The translations under genes were made by a program, and so were the position numbers. The notes beneath the pieces are model-generated. The model was not told where the DNA came from. It saw only the letters and a list, made by a program, of their open reading frames with translations, and made no database searches. Below are positions 49,820 through 60,363 of a DNA stretch of 64,000 nt, in pieces. The stretch is from Alphaproteobacteria bacterium (GTDB lineage: Bacteria; Pseudomonadota; Alphaproteobacteria; UBA828), in NCBI GenBank assembly GCA_963667705.1, contig OY763937.1:1354948-1418947 (forward strand). The letters run 5' to 3'. The number at the start of each line of letters is the position of its first letter. Positions within the stretch are counted from its first letter, which is position 1.

Positions 49820-51130
49820 CTACTGGCGCTGATCCCACATCTGGCCGCGATCCCGCACATGGGCAATGATCGTGTCCTTGTGGGCGTCGAACCAGGGCTC
49901 GAAGCGCATCATCGAGACGATGCGCTTGCACTTGCAGTCGGGGTCGAAGACGTTGGTCGGGATCGGGTGCGACATCATGTTCTTGATGCCCCACATGTCC
50001 TCGCCCGAAATCAGCGCCGGACCCTCGATGGTCATGATCGCCTTTTCGGCGCGCACGGCTTCGAGCACCGCGTCGGGATCGGTGCTGCCGGCCTTCTGCA
50101 CGCCGTGCAGGTAGACCTGGACGATCGGCATGTAGAGCCAGTCGATCCCGGTCATCGGCGCGTTCACGTCCTCCGGCGCGCCGTCGCCGAAGCGGGCCTG
50201 CCAGTCGTCGACGAAGCGGCTCTGCATCGAGGGGTTGCCCCACCAGGGGTCGTCCATGGTCGGATAGCTGTCATAGCCGCCGACCTTCGCGGCCCACTCC
50301 ACCGGCACCTTCTGCAGCACCGACTCCCACTCGATGTAGTTCGCGTTGACGGGGCCTTCGAAGCCCTGCAGGTAGAGCTGCTCCATCACCAGCGGAATGA
50401 AGTCCGGCCAGGTGATGTTGAGCGCAACGGCATCGGGCTTGGCCGCCAGCAGCGCGGTGACGACCGGCGCGAAGTCGGTGGTCTCGGGCGAGAAGTGCTC
50501 GTCGTAGACGATCTCCCACCCCGCCGCCTTGGCCGCGCCGACCTCCCAGGCCTGCCCGACGAAGGTGACTGCGTCCTCCTGCGCGATGACCCCGTAGGTC
50601 TTCAGCTCGGGATACACGTTCTTGATGTAGAGCGGCCGCATCATCTCGCCGCGCGGGAACGCATCCTCGCCGGCCATCACGTAGGGGCGGTTGGGGTTGA
50701 TGTCAGTGGACGCCAGCGGCGTATAGAACACGCCATTCTCCATGAGGAAGGGAATCTGGGCGTCCCCGGTCGTGCCGCCGACGCCGGTCACCAGCTTGAC
50801 CTCGTTCTCGAAGACGAGCTGCTTCGCACCCTGCAGCGCCTTGCTGGGAACATACTCGTTGTCGAACTGGTGTATCTCGATCATGTGGTGCTTGTCGCCG
50901 ACCTGGAGTCCGCCTTCCGAGTTGATCCAGTCGGCCAGGATCTTCAGGCCGGTGAGCCCGGGCAGTCCCCAGCCCGCGACCGGACCCGACAGCGGCGCGT
51001 TGAAGCCGATGCCGATGGGATCGCCCATGTGGCCGTCCGCCTTCGCGCTGGACATCGTGCCGAAGGCGACGGCGCCGGCGATGGCGAGGACTCCTATCGA
51101 CCGAAGGGCCGTTCTGCTCATCAAGGTCAT
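49820..51130 (-). CDS. livK: ABC transporter periplasmic substrate-binding protein (LivK/amide-type, family 4)
   Basis: AGGGAGG Shine-Dalgarno before ATG 51130. Signal peptide MTLMSRTALRSIGVLAIAGAVAFG. Mature domain is typical of Leu/Ile/Val-binding-like proteins. Confidence 0.85.
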   Translation of the reverse strand: MTLMSRTALRSIGVLAIAGAVAFGTMSSAKADGHMGDPIGIGFNAPLSGPVAGWGLPGLTGLKILADWINSEGGLQVGDKHHMIEIHQFDNEYVPSKALQGAKQLVFENEVKLVTGVGGTTGDAQIPFLMENGVFYTPLASTDINPNRPYVMAGEDAFPRGEMMRPLYIKNVYPELKTYGVIAQEDAVTFVGQAWEVGAAKAAGWEIVYDEHFSPETTDFAPVVTALLAAKPDAVALNITWPDFIPLVMEQLYLQGFEGPVNANYIEWESVLQKVPVEWAAKVGGYDSYPTMDDPWWGNPSMQSRFVDDWQARFGDGAPEDVNAPMTGIDWLYMPIVQVYLHGVQKAGSTDPDAVLEAVRAEKAIMTIEGPALISGEDMWGIKNMMSHPIPTNVFDPDCKCKRIVSMMRFEPWFDAHKDTIIAHVRDRGQMWDQRQ

Positions 51131-51365
51131 GATGCCTCCCTTTCTCTTGGCTGGTATCTGCATTCTTGTCTTCTGGACCAGCATCTTACGCGAACCATAG
51201 CCGTGGCGGACAAGCGGTTCAAGGCGACCCCATCTGCAGCGGGATGCCCGTCCCGCCCGTCCTTGCGGCCCGTGACGCCCTCTTGTATCTACCGCTGCTG
51301 CCAAGCGGGAGAACCATGTTGACCCTACCCCCCACGCAACCGGGCGCGAGCGCGCACGGGCAGCA

Positions 51366-53387
51366 ATGAGCGACCGCACGCGGGTGGGGGTCGAGGTCGG
51401 CGGCACCTTCACCGACCTCGTCGCCTTCGAGGCGGGCGGGGTACGCATCACCAAGGTGCCGAGCACGCCGCAGGCGCCGCACCGGGGCGCGATCGCAGCG
51501 CTCGACGAATCGGGTCTCGCGCTGGAGGCCGCCGACGATCTCGTGCACGGCTCGACCGTGGCTACCAACGCGGTGCTCGAGCGCAGGGGCGCGAAGGTGG
51601 CGTTCTTCGCCACGGAGGGCTTCCGCGACCTGCTCGCGCTTCAGCGGCAGAGCCGGCGCTCCATCTACGACATCCGCTACCGCAAGCCGGAGCCGGTGGT
51701 GCCGCGCCGCGACACCTTCGACATCCCCGAGCGCACCGGCCCGCACGGCGAGGTGGTCACCCCCCTCGACGAGGAGGCGGCGCGGCACCGCGTGCGCCAG
51801 GCGTTGCAGGGCGGCGGCTACGAATCCGTCGCGATCTGCCTGCTCAACAGCTACGCCAACCCCGCCCACGAGCGCCGCGTGGCGGAGATGATCGCCGAGC
51901 GCTTCCCCGGCACCGGTATCACCTGCTCCTGCGACGTGACCCGCGAGTTTCGCGAGTACGAGCGCGCCTCCACCACCACCCTCGCGGCCTACGTGCAGCC
52001 GGTCATCGACCGCTACCTCGGCGCGTTCGAGCGCGCGCTCGGCAAGCGCGGCTTCGCGGGCCGCTTCAGCCTGATGCAGTCCAACGGCGGCAGGCTGCCC
52101 GCGAGCGGCATGGCGGGCAACGCCATCACCTCGCTCTACTCAGGCCCGGCGGCGGGCGTGATGGGGGCGATCCGGCAGGCGGGGCGCTCGGGCTACAGCA
52201 ACCTCATCACCTTCGACATGGGGGGCACGAGCACCGACGTCTGCCTGGTGCAGGAGGGCACGCCGGTGCTCACCAGCGACGCCGAGATCGACGGGCTGCC
52301 CATTCGCATTCCGGTGCTAGACATCGTGACGGTGGGGGCCGGCGGCGGCTCCATCGTCTGGCGCGACGACGGCGGCATGCTGCGCGTCGGCCCGCGCTCG
52401 GCCGGCGCCGAGCCGGGCCCCGCCTGCTACCGGCGCGGCGGCGCCGATCCCACCATCACCGATGCGCACCTGGTGCGCGGCACGGTGCTCGCCGACACCT
52501 TCCTCGGCGGGCGCATGGCGGTGGACCCCGCGCTCAGCCGGGACGCCTTCGCTGCGCTCGCGACGCACGCCGACCGCGGCGTGGAGCAGGTCGCCGACGA
52601 CGCGATCCGCGTCGCCGAGCACAACATCGTCCGCGCGATACAGCTGGTCTCGACCGAGCGCGGCCGCGACCCGCGCGACTACGTATTGGTTCCCTTCGGC
52701 GGCGCGGGGCCGCTGCACGCCGCGCGTGTCGCCGAGGTGCTCGGCATCTCCAGCATCGTCATCCCGCCGGCCGCCGGCGTGCTCTCTGCCTTCGGCCTCG
52801 TCGCCTCGGACTTCGTGCGCTACGAAAGCCGCACGGTGCGCTTCGCCCTCGACGAGGCGGGCGCGGCGGAGCGCGTGCGCGAGCAATTCGCGGCCATGCG
52901 CGCGGACGCGGAGGCCGCCTTCGGCGCGCTCGGGCTCACGCGCGGGCTCGTCTACACCCACACGCTCGAGATGCGCTACGTGGGCCAGGCCTTCGAGGTT
53001 GCCGTTCAGCTCGACGCCGAAGAGATCGCCCGTCTCGACGCTGCTCACCTGCGCGAGCGCTTCAACGACGCGCACCACCGCATCTTCGAGTTCGACGATT
53101 CCCGCACAAACCGGCCGGAGATCGTCTCCTTCCGGCTTGGCATCGCCTCGCCGCCGCCGTCAGTCCCCGCTCTCGCCGGCACGGACGAGGCGCCGCACGA
53201 GGCCCCGGTCGCGCTCTTCGACGGCGGCGAGCGCCGAGAGGCCCGCCGGCTCAACCGCAGCGCCCTGCTGAAGGCGGGCACGAGCGAGGGGCCGTTGCTC
53301 ATCGCCGACGACACGTCGACCGCCTACGTGCCACCGGGCTGGCGCGCAACGGTGGACTCGCATCACAATGTCATCCTGACGCGCTGA
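51366..53387 (+). CDS. hyuA: Hydantoinase/oxoprolinase family, A subunit (HyuA-like)
   Basis: N-terminus VGVEVGGTFTDLV (ATPase fold). 673 aa. Confidence 0.85.
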   Translation: MSDRTRVGVEVGGTFTDLVAFEAGGVRITKVPSTPQAPHRGAIAALDESGLALEAADDLVHGSTVATNAVLERRGAKVAFFATEGFRDLLALQRQSRRSIYDIRYRKPEPVVPRRDTFDIPERTGPHGEVVTPLDEEAARHRVRQALQGGGYESVAICLLNSYANPAHERRVAEMIAERFPGTGITCSCDVTREFREYERASTTTLAAYVQPVIDRYLGAFERALGKRGFAGRFSLMQSNGGRLPASGMAGNAITSLYSGPAAGVMGAIRQAGRSGYSNLITFDMGGTSTDVCLVQEGTPVLTSDAEIDGLPIRIPVLDIVTVGAGGGSIVWRDDGGMLRVGPRSAGAEPGPACYRRGGADPTITDAHLVRGTVLADTFLGGRMAVDPALSRDAFAALATHADRGVEQVADDAIRVAEHNIVRAIQLVSTERGRDPRDYVLVPFGGAGPLHAARVAEVLGISSIVIPPAAGVLSAFGLVASDFVRYESRTVRFALDEAGAAERVREQFAAMRADAEAAFGALGLTRGLVYTHTLEMRYVGQAFEVAVQLDAEEIARLDAAHLRERFNDAHHRIFEFDDSRTNRPEIVSFRLGIASPPPSVPALAGTDEAPHEAPVALFDGGERREARRLNRSALLKAGTSEGPLLIADDTSTAYVPPGWRATVDSHHNVILTR

Positions 53388-53449
53388 GCCCGGGCCTCCG
53401 GTCGCCGGAGCCTGAAGACGGCGCGCGAACAGAGGCGAGGGCAGGGCCC

Positions 53450-55081
53450 ATGGCGCTCGACCAGGTCGACCAGGCGATCATCTCCCAGGCGCTGATCGCC
53501 GCGGCGAAGGAGATGGGGATCAAGCTCGTGCGCTCGGCCTACTCGCCGATCGTGCGTGAGGCAAACGACTGCTCCGCCGCGCTGCTCGACGTGCACGGCA
53601 ACGTGGTGAGCCAGGCGGAGCTCATCCCCATGCAGCTCGGCCCCATCGGCACCACCTTCCGCCCCTGTGCCGAGCTCTATCCGCCGGAGACGCTCGAGCC
53701 CGGCGACTTCTACATCAACAATCACCCCTACCACGGCGGCCAGCACGTCCCCGACATCTTCATCTTCACGCCCATCTTCTTCGGCGACCGGCTCGTGGGC
53801 TTCAGCTCCACCGTCGCCCATCACCTCGACCTCGGCGGCGGGGCGCCCGGCCTCAACATGGCGGCCGGCGACGTCTACCAGGAGGGCCTGATCTTTCCAC
53901 CGAGCCGCTACAACGTGAACCGCGACTGGAACGGCGGCCCCTTCGAGCGCCTGGTGCGCGCCAACGTGCGCGTGCCGGAGAAGACCATCGGCGACTGCAA
54001 CGCGCAGTTCGCGGCGAACGGGGTGGGCACGCGGCGGGTCGTCGAGCTCTGCGAGAAGTTCGGCGCGGACGCGGTCATGCAGGCGATGGCGGGGCTGCTC
54101 GACTATGCCGAGCAGCGCATGCGCGCCGCGATCGCCGCAGCACCCGACGGCGTCTACCACGGCGAGGACCAGCTCGACAGCGACGGGGTGGGCGACACGC
54201 CGCTGGTGGTACGCGCGCGGGTGGAGATCGCGGGCGACACCGTCTCCGTCGACTACGAGGGCACCTGCGACCAGGTCTCCACCAACGTGAATTGCCCCTT
54301 CGCCTCGACCATCGCGGCCGGGCTCAGTTGCGTGAAATCGGTGCTCACCAGCCCCGACATCCCCTTCAACGAAGGGGCGAAGCGGCCCATCGACATCGCC
54401 GCCCCCTACGGCTCGCTGCTCAATCCGCGCCCGCCGGCGCCGGTGCGTGCGCGCATGCTGTCCGCCTACCGCGCGTATAACGCGGTGATGAAGGCGTTGG
54501 CGCAAGCGGTGCCCGAGCAGGTGATGGCGGCCGGCTTCGACACCACCCACGCCACCTGCCTCTCCCACCTCGGCGAGGAGGGGTACGGCATCTACCTCGA
54601 GATCTTCGGCGGCGGCTACGGCGCGAGTGCGGCGGGCGATGGCTGCGACGCCGTGGACAGCCCGCTGTCGAACTGCTCGAACATCCCGATCGAGGCCATC
54701 GACATGGAGCACGAATTCTTCCGGGTGGTGGAGTATGCGCTGGTGCCCGGCTCGGGCGGCGGCGGCGAAGCCCGCGGCGGGCTCGGGCTCAGGCGCGTCT
54801 ACGAGGTGCTGGCCGACGATGTCGAGTACCAGTCCTACTCCGATCGCTTCACGATCGCGCCGGAGGGGCTGTTCGAGGGCGAGGACGGCGGGGAGGCGTT
54901 CGTCAGCGTGCTGCGCGGCAACGAGAAGTTCACGCTCGGCTCGAAGACGAGCTTTCGCCTGGCGAAGGGCGACCGTCTGGTGATGAGCACCGGCGGCGGC
55001 GCTGGCTACGGCGACCCCGGCCGGCGCTCGGCGGAAAGGAGCGCGCAGGACCGCGACGACGGCGCGCTCGCTGCCTCCTAG
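53450..55081 (+). CDS. hyuB: Hydantoinase B/oxoprolinase family (HyuB-like)
   Basis: DPITLEV-like N-terminus (QAIISQALIAAAKEMG...SPIVREANDCSAALLD). 543 aa. Confidence 0.85.
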   Translation: MALDQVDQAIISQALIAAAKEMGIKLVRSAYSPIVREANDCSAALLDVHGNVVSQAELIPMQLGPIGTTFRPCAELYPPETLEPGDFYINNHPYHGGQHVPDIFIFTPIFFGDRLVGFSSTVAHHLDLGGGAPGLNMAAGDVYQEGLIFPPSRYNVNRDWNGGPFERLVRANVRVPEKTIGDCNAQFAANGVGTRRVVELCEKFGADAVMQAMAGLLDYAEQRMRAAIAAAPDGVYHGEDQLDSDGVGDTPLVVRARVEIAGDTVSVDYEGTCDQVSTNVNCPFASTIAAGLSCVKSVLTSPDIPFNEGAKRPIDIAAPYGSLLNPRPPAPVRARMLSAYRAYNAVMKALAQAVPEQVMAAGFDTTHATCLSHLGEEGYGIYLEIFGGGYGASAAGDGCDAVDSPLSNCSNIPIEAIDMEHEFFRVVEYALVPGSGGGGEARGGLGLRRVYEVLADDVEYQSYSDRFTIAPEGLFEGEDGGEAFVSVLRGNEKFTLGSKTSFRLAKGDRLVMSTGGGAGYGDPGRRSAERSAQDRDDGALAAS

Positions 55082-55129
55082 CCCGCCGCGGCGACGCTTC
55101 CCGAACCGCGGACGCGGGGGAATCATCCA

Positions 55130-56047
55130 TTGACCACACACGGGATGGTCCAGACCGGCTCCACGCGCACCTTCATGTGGTTCTGCATGGGTCCGGTCCT
55201 GCTGCTGCTGGTCATCGTGGCGGTCGCGCCTGTTACCTTCGCCATCATCGACAGTCTGCGCGACCTCTCGCTGGCCATGCCGAGCAAGCGCGGCCAGTTC
55301 GTGGCGCTCGACAACTACCGCGACCTCCTGGGCTCGGACGGGAACTTCTATCGCTCGCTGGGCCACACGGCGATCTTCATGATGATCGCCGTGCCCATCG
55401 AGCTTGCGCTCGGGCTCCTCATCGCGCTCTGGATCAACCGGGAGTTCGCGGGGCGTCGGCTGGTCCTCACCATCCTCATGATCCCGACCATGATCGCGCC
55501 GGTGGTGGTCGGCATGATCTGGCGCTTCTTCCTGATGCCGAGCTTCGGCGTGATGACGGTCTACCTCAATCGCCTCGGGCTCTTCGAGGAGACCAGCGTC
55601 TTCTCCGGGCCGATCACCGCCTTCGGCGCGCTCATCATCATCGACATCTGGGAATGGACGCCCTTCATCATGCTGATCATGCTGGCGGGGCTGAGCGCGC
55701 TGCCCCAGGCCCCCATCGAGGCGGCGACCATCGACGGGGCCTCGCGCTGGCAGATCTTCCGCCACGTCCAGCTGCCCATGCTGGGGCCGCTCATCGTCGT
55801 CGCTGTCATGCTTCGCGCCATCGACGCCAGCAAGGTGTTCGACACCATCTACGTGCTCACGGGCGGCGGGCCCGGCAACGCGACCGAGGTGATCTCCACC
55901 TTCGCCTACCGAACCAACTTCATCCGCTGGGACCTCGGCTACGGGGCCGCGGTCTGTCTTGTGCTCGCCTTCGCCTCGCTGGTGGTGGCGGCGCTCTTCT
56001 TCAAGACGGTGAGCGGCAAGGCCAAGGCCGTGGACGAGACGCCATGA
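55130..56047 (+). CDS. ABC transporter permease (MalF/UgpA-like, binding-protein-dependent family 1)
   Basis: Six TM helices. EAA-like loop (IDGASRWQIFRHVQLPML). Confidence 0.8.
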   Translation: MTTHGMVQTGSTRTFMWFCMGPVLLLLVIVAVAPVTFAIIDSLRDLSLAMPSKRGQFVALDNYRDLLGSDGNFYRSLGHTAIFMMIAVPIELALGLLIALWINREFAGRRLVLTILMIPTMIAPVVVGMIWRFFLMPSFGVMTVYLNRLGLFEETSVFSGPITAFGALIIIDIWEWTPFIMLIMLAGLSALPQAPIEAATIDGASRWQIFRHVQLPMLGPLIVVAVMLRAIDASKVFDTIYVLTGGGPGNATEVISTFAYRTNFIRWDLGYGAAVCLVLAFASLVVAALFFKTVSGKAKAVDETP

Positions 56048-56874
56048 ACCGGCGCGGCCTCATCACGCACAGGCTCGTCGGCTTCGCGGTGCCTCTGCTG
56101 CTGCTGCTGGCAGTGGCGCTGATCCCCTACATCTGGATTCTGCTCGCCAGTTTCAAGACGCGCGGCGAGCTGATCTCGCCCGAGCCGAAGTGGGTCTTCG
56201 ATCCCACGACGATCAACTACACCGAAATCATCTACAGGGGGTTCGACGGCTACCTGCTGAACTCCGTGATCATCGGCTTCTCGAGCACGGCGCTCACCGT
56301 CTTCGTAGGCACCCTCGCGGCCTACGGCTTCTCCCGCTTCAAGATTCCGGCCGGCAACCACCTCTTCTTCTACATCCTGGCGACCCGGCTCGGCCCGCCG
56401 GTGGCCTACGCGTTGCCGATGTACCTGATCTTCCGGGAGCTCGGCCTCGTCAACACTTATGCCGGCGTGATCCTCGCGCACACCACCTTCAATCTTGTCC
56501 TGGTGGTCTGGATGATGCGCTCGTTCTTCGACGACGTGCCGCGCGAGGTCGAGGAGGCGGCCTATCTCGACGGCTGCGGGCACTTCCGGGTGCTGTGGAC
56601 GATCACCATACCGATGACCTACCCCGGCCTCGCCGCGGTCTCCATCTTCGTCCTGATCTTCTCCTGGAACGAGCTGCTTTTCGCCCTGATCCTCACCGGC
56701 GGCGACACGCGCCCGCTGACCGTCATGATCCCCTCGCTCGTCCTACACACGGGCACGCAGTGGGGCCAGGTCGCCTCGGCCTCGATCATCCAGAGCATCC
56801 CCGTGCTCGTCTTCATCTTCTTCATCCAGAAGAAGCTGGTTCAGGGGCTTACCTTCGGCGCCGTCAAGGGTTAG
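56044..56874 (+). CDS. ABC transporter permease (MalG/UgpE-like)
   Basis: ATGA overlap with the upstream permease. EAAYLDGCGHFRVLWTITIPM EAA motif. Confidence 0.85.
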   Translation: MNRRGLITHRLVGFAVPLLLLLAVALIPYIWILLASFKTRGELISPEPKWVFDPTTINYTEIIYRGFDGYLLNSVIIGFSSTALTVFVGTLAAYGFSRFKIPAGNHLFFYILATRLGPPVAYALPMYLIFRELGLVNTYAGVILAHTTFNLVLVVWMMRSFFDDVPREVEEAAYLDGCGHFRVLWTITIPMTYPGLAAVSIFVLIFSWNELLFALILTGGDTRPLTVMIPSLVLHTGTQWGQVASASIIQSIPVLVFIFFIQKKLVQGLTFGAVKG

Positions 56875-57950
56875 GCGCGGAGGCGCATTCCCGAGTCGGT
56901 ATCGAAGGCCATGATGTTGGCCGGCTCGGCCCAGAGGCTGATGTCGCGGCCGTGGGTGACGCCGTCGTTGCGGGGGAGCCGTGCGACAAGCGTGGGCCCT
57001 GCCGTCGACACCTCGAGGATGGTCTCCGCGCCGAGATGCTCCACCGCCTCGACCCGGCCGGCGAGCTCGACGGCGCCTGCGCTCGGCTGCAAGTCCAGGA
57101 ACTCGGGCCGGATGCCGAGGGTGACGGCGTCCGTACCGCCTGCCGGATGCGCGGCCGGGAGGGAGAGGTCGAGCCCCTCGGCGCGAAACGCGATGGCGCC
57201 GTCGCGCGCACCGGCCGCGCCTTCGACGAGGTTCATGGCGGGGCTGCCGATGAAGCCCGCGACGAAGGCGTCGTCGGGGTCGTCGTAGACCTCCAGCGGT
57301 GTGCCGACCTGGCGAATCTCGCCCTCGTGCATCACCACGATGCGGTCGCCCATGGTCATCGCCTCGATCTGGTCGTGGGTCACGTAGATCATGGTGGTGT
57401 CGAGGCGATGGTGCAGCTTGATGAGCTCGCCGCGCATGGCGACGCGGAGCTTGGCGTCGAGGTTCGACAGCGGCTCGTCGAAGAGGAACACGGCGGGGTC
57501 GCGCACGATCGCCCGGCCGAGCGCGACGCGCTGCTGCTGCCCGCCCGAGAGCGTCTTGGGCTTGCGCGGAAGCTCCTCGGTGAGCCCGAGGGTGGCCGCC
57601 ACCTCGCGCACGCGGGCGTCGATCTCCTCGCGCGGGAGCTTCCTGATCTTGAGCGCGAAGCCCATGTTCTCCGCCACCGTCATGTGCGGGTAGAGCGCGT
57701 AGGACTGGAACACCATCGCCACGTTGCGGTCCTTCGCGTGGACTTGGGCCACGTCGATGTCGCCGATGAAGATGCTGCCCGAGGTCACCGTCTCAAGCCC
57801 TGCGATCATGCGCAGGCAGGTGGTCTTGCCGGAGCCGGAGGGGCCGACCAGGACGACGAACTCGCCGGACCCGATGGTGAGGTCGACGGCATCAACCGCC
57901 ACCACCGAGCCGAAGCGCTTGGTCAGGCTCTCGAGGCGCACGTCGGTCAT
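56871..57950 (-). CDS. ABC transporter ATP-binding protein (MalK/UgpC-like, with C-terminal TOBE/regulatory domain)
   Basis: GPSGSGKTT, LSGGQQQRVALGRA, FLFDEP, and a C-terminal MalK-like domain. Confidence 0.85.
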   Translation of the reverse strand: MTDVRLESLTKRFGSVVAVDAVDLTIGSGEFVVLVGPSGSGKTTCLRMIAGLETVTSGSIFIGDIDVAQVHAKDRNVAMVFQSYALYPHMTVAENMGFALKIRKLPREEIDARVREVAATLGLTEELPRKPKTLSGGQQQRVALGRAIVRDPAVFLFDEPLSNLDAKLRVAMRGELIKLHHRLDTTMIYVTHDQIEAMTMGDRIVVMHEGEIRQVGTPLEVYDDPDDAFVAGFIGSPAMNLVEGAAGARDGAIAFRAEGLDLSLPAAHPAGGTDAVTLGIRPEFLDLQPSAGAVELAGRVEAVEHLGAETILEVSTAGPTLVARLPRNDGVTHGRDISLWAEPANIMAFDTDSGMRLRA

Positions 57951-57951
57951 C

Positions 57952-58108
57952 AGATCACGCCCAGATAGATGAACTCGGCCACGATGAAGATCGCGACGCC
58001 CCAGAAGCGCACCTCGCCCGGCGTCAGCCACCGCTTTCGCGTGTTCCACACCCCGATCCCGAGCATGAGGGGCACGCACACCGCGGCGACGAGGAAGTGT
58101 TCCAGCAA
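57952..58108 (-). CDS. Small hydrophobic ORF (possible DUF2160-like membrane peptide) translationally coupled to the ABC ATPase
   Basis: Translation (L)LEHFLVAAVCVPLMLGIGVWNTRKRWLTPGEVRFWGVAIFIVAEFIYLGVI. Its stop overlaps the ATPase ATG (TGATGA). The same frame continues upstream after a single TAG. Confidence 0.3.
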
Positions 58109-58506
58109 TGCCTAGTCCCGCGCCGCGCGCCCGGCAGGACGGAAGCGGATCACGAAGGGCAGGCTCGCCAACAGGGGGAAGACGAAGAGGCCGACAGGCA
58201 CCACCACGAAGAACGACACCTCCGCCTCGATCATCGCGCCGCAGCCGATGGCGAGGAGCATGCAGTAGAGGATCGCCCACAGGGAGGCGCGGAGGTTGGT
58301 GCGGTCGATCAAGCCGGAGGTCCCGGAAACCAAGGTCGTCGCATTCAATCGGCCGGCGCAAAACCCGTCAAGCACGCTCGGCGGCGGTGGGCAGCCAGCA
58401 GCCATCGGGGCCGCGTGGTTCGTCTGCCGTGATCGATCGTGCTAGCCTTTTTCCGGACCGTCTGCCGCGCGCGCCGCCGGTTTCCCGGCAGGGGGGGGAG
58501 GGGCCC

Positions 58507-59856
58507 ATGGAGGGAATGGAGCGCTACCTCAAGCTCGACGAGGGCCTCGTCAGCCGCCGCATCTTCTTCGACCCGGAGGTCTACCGGCTGGAGCTCGAGC
58601 GCATCTTCGCGCGCTGCTGGCTCTTCCTCGGCCACGAGTCGCACATCCCCGAGCCCGGCGACTACATGACGGCCTACATGGGCGAGGACCCGGTCATCGT
58701 CTGCCGCGGCGACGACGGAACGGTGCGCGCCTTCCTCAACTCATGCCGCCATCGCGGCATGAAGGTGTGCCGGGCCGACCGCGGCAACGCGCGCCAGTTC
58801 ACCTGCAGCTTCCACGGCTGGACCTACGCCAACACCGGCCGGCTCAAGGGCGTGCCGCTGGAGCACGATGCCTACGGCGACCGCCTCGACCGCGACCGCT
58901 GGGGCCTGCTCGAGGTACCCAAGCTCGCGCTCTACGGCGGCATGATCTTCGGCAACTGGGACGCGGGCGCAGACAGCCTCGACGACTTCCTGGGCGAGCT
59001 GCGCTGGTACCTGGACGTGATGATCGAGCGCCAGGTAGGCGGGCTCGAGTTCGTTCCCGGGTGCCAGCGCTATTCGCTGGACGCCAACTGGAAGATCGCG
59101 AGCGAGAACTTCACCGGCGACACCTACCATCTGCCCTATTCGCACGGGTCGATGTACAAGCTCGACATCCCGCAGATCAATCCGGCCAACCCGAGCTTCC
59201 GCGGGCGCGAGGACGCGTACTTCAACATCGGCCTCGACAACGGCCACGGCATGACCGGCGTGGTCTTCGGCGGCGAGCGCTACGACGTGGACCGCGAACT
59301 CGCGAAGAGCTACGGCCCCGAGGTGGTGGAGTACGTGGAGGAGTGCCAGCAGCGCCTGCTCAAGGCGTTGCCCAGGCACCAGGCCGGTGTCTACGCGCTC
59401 TCCTTCAGCAACATGTTCCCCAATCTCTCGTTCAACGACTTCAGCGCGCTCAGGCCGATCGGCTTCTACCTGTGGGTGCCCAAGGGGCCGCAGCGGTTGG
59501 AGGCCTGGAACTGGTGCGCGCTCGACCGGGATGCGCCGAAGGCGATCAAGGAGCAGGCGCGCGTCGACTTCACGCGCATCCAGGCGGTCAGCGGCATCGC
59601 CGCGCAGGACGACACCGAGAACTTCGAGCAGGTGACCGAGGCCACGCGCGGCGTGGTGGGCCAGCGGCTGGACTTCAACTACCAGATGAACGTCGGCCAG
59701 CCCCTGCTGCAGGGGCCGGGGGGCTGCCCCGGGCGCTTCGCCCCCTACATCTCGGAGACCAACCAGCTCAACTTCTACCAGCACTGGGCGACGCTGCTCG
59801 ATGCGCCCTGGTCGGGTCGGACGCATGGTCGACGCCGCGCTGCAGCACCGCGTTGA
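58507..59856 (+). CDS. Rieske non-heme iron ring-hydroxylating oxygenase, alpha subunit (paralog 2)
   Basis: CRHRG...CSFHGW Rieske motif. Fe ligands DTYHLPYSH. Confidence 0.85.
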   Translation: MEGMERYLKLDEGLVSRRIFFDPEVYRLELERIFARCWLFLGHESHIPEPGDYMTAYMGEDPVIVCRGDDGTVRAFLNSCRHRGMKVCRADRGNARQFTCSFHGWTYANTGRLKGVPLEHDAYGDRLDRDRWGLLEVPKLALYGGMIFGNWDAGADSLDDFLGELRWYLDVMIERQVGGLEFVPGCQRYSLDANWKIASENFTGDTYHLPYSHGSMYKLDIPQINPANPSFRGREDAYFNIGLDNGHGMTGVVFGGERYDVDRELAKSYGPEVVEYVEECQQRLLKALPRHQAGVYALSFSNMFPNLSFNDFSALRPIGFYLWVPKGPQRLEAWNWCALDRDAPKAIKEQARVDFTRIQAVSGIAAQDDTENFEQVTEATRGVVGQRLDFNYQMNVGQPLLQGPGGCPGRFAPYISETNQLNFYQHWATLLDAPWSGRTHGRRRAAAPR

Positions 59857-60322
59857 GCAGTTTCTCTACCGCGAGGTGCGCCTGCTGAGCGAGCTGCGCT
59901 TCGAGGAGTGGCTCGACCTCTTCACCGACGATGCCCGCTACTGGATGCCGGCGCGCGAGACGGTCGGCGACCGGCCCGACGCCGTGGCCGCCGACGGCGA
60001 GATGGCCTTCTTCGACGACGACAAGCCCTTTCTCGCCGCGCGCATCGAGCGGCTGCGTTCGTCGCTGGCCCACGCCGAGCAGCCGCCGTCCAGGATGCGC
60101 TACTTCGTCTCCAACGTGGAGGTCGAGGAAGCCGGCGGCGAGGAGCTCGACGTGCGCTGCAACCTGCTGGTCCACCAGTCGCGCCTGGAGCGGACGGAGG
60201 TGCTCTATGTCGGGCGCCGCGAAGACCGGCTGCGTCCCGAGGGTGACACCTGGCGCATCGCGCTACGCAAGGTAATCCTCGACCAGACGCTGATCCCAAG
60301 AACCATGTCGACGTTCTTCTGA
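59825..60322 (+). CDS. Ring-hydroxylating oxygenase beta subunit (paralog 2)
   Basis: VEQFLYREVRLLSELRFEEWLDLFTDDARYWMP parallels the 28335 gene. The start could be 59801. Confidence 0.75.
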   Translation: MVDAALQHRVEQFLYREVRLLSELRFEEWLDLFTDDARYWMPARETVGDRPDAVAADGEMAFFDDDKPFLAARIERLRSSLAHAEQPPSRMRYFVSNVEVEEAGGEELDVRCNLLVHQSRLERTEVLYVGRREDRLRPEGDTWRIALRKVILDQTLIPRTMSTFF

Positions 60323-60363
60323 ACCCCGGCACGTGTCGCCGCGGCGCCCCAGCGGAGGGACCC

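Noticed and set aside
53363-55765. 800-aa minus-strand ORF
   Set aside because: Antisense to hyuB and the permease. His/Asp/Arg-rich nonsense.
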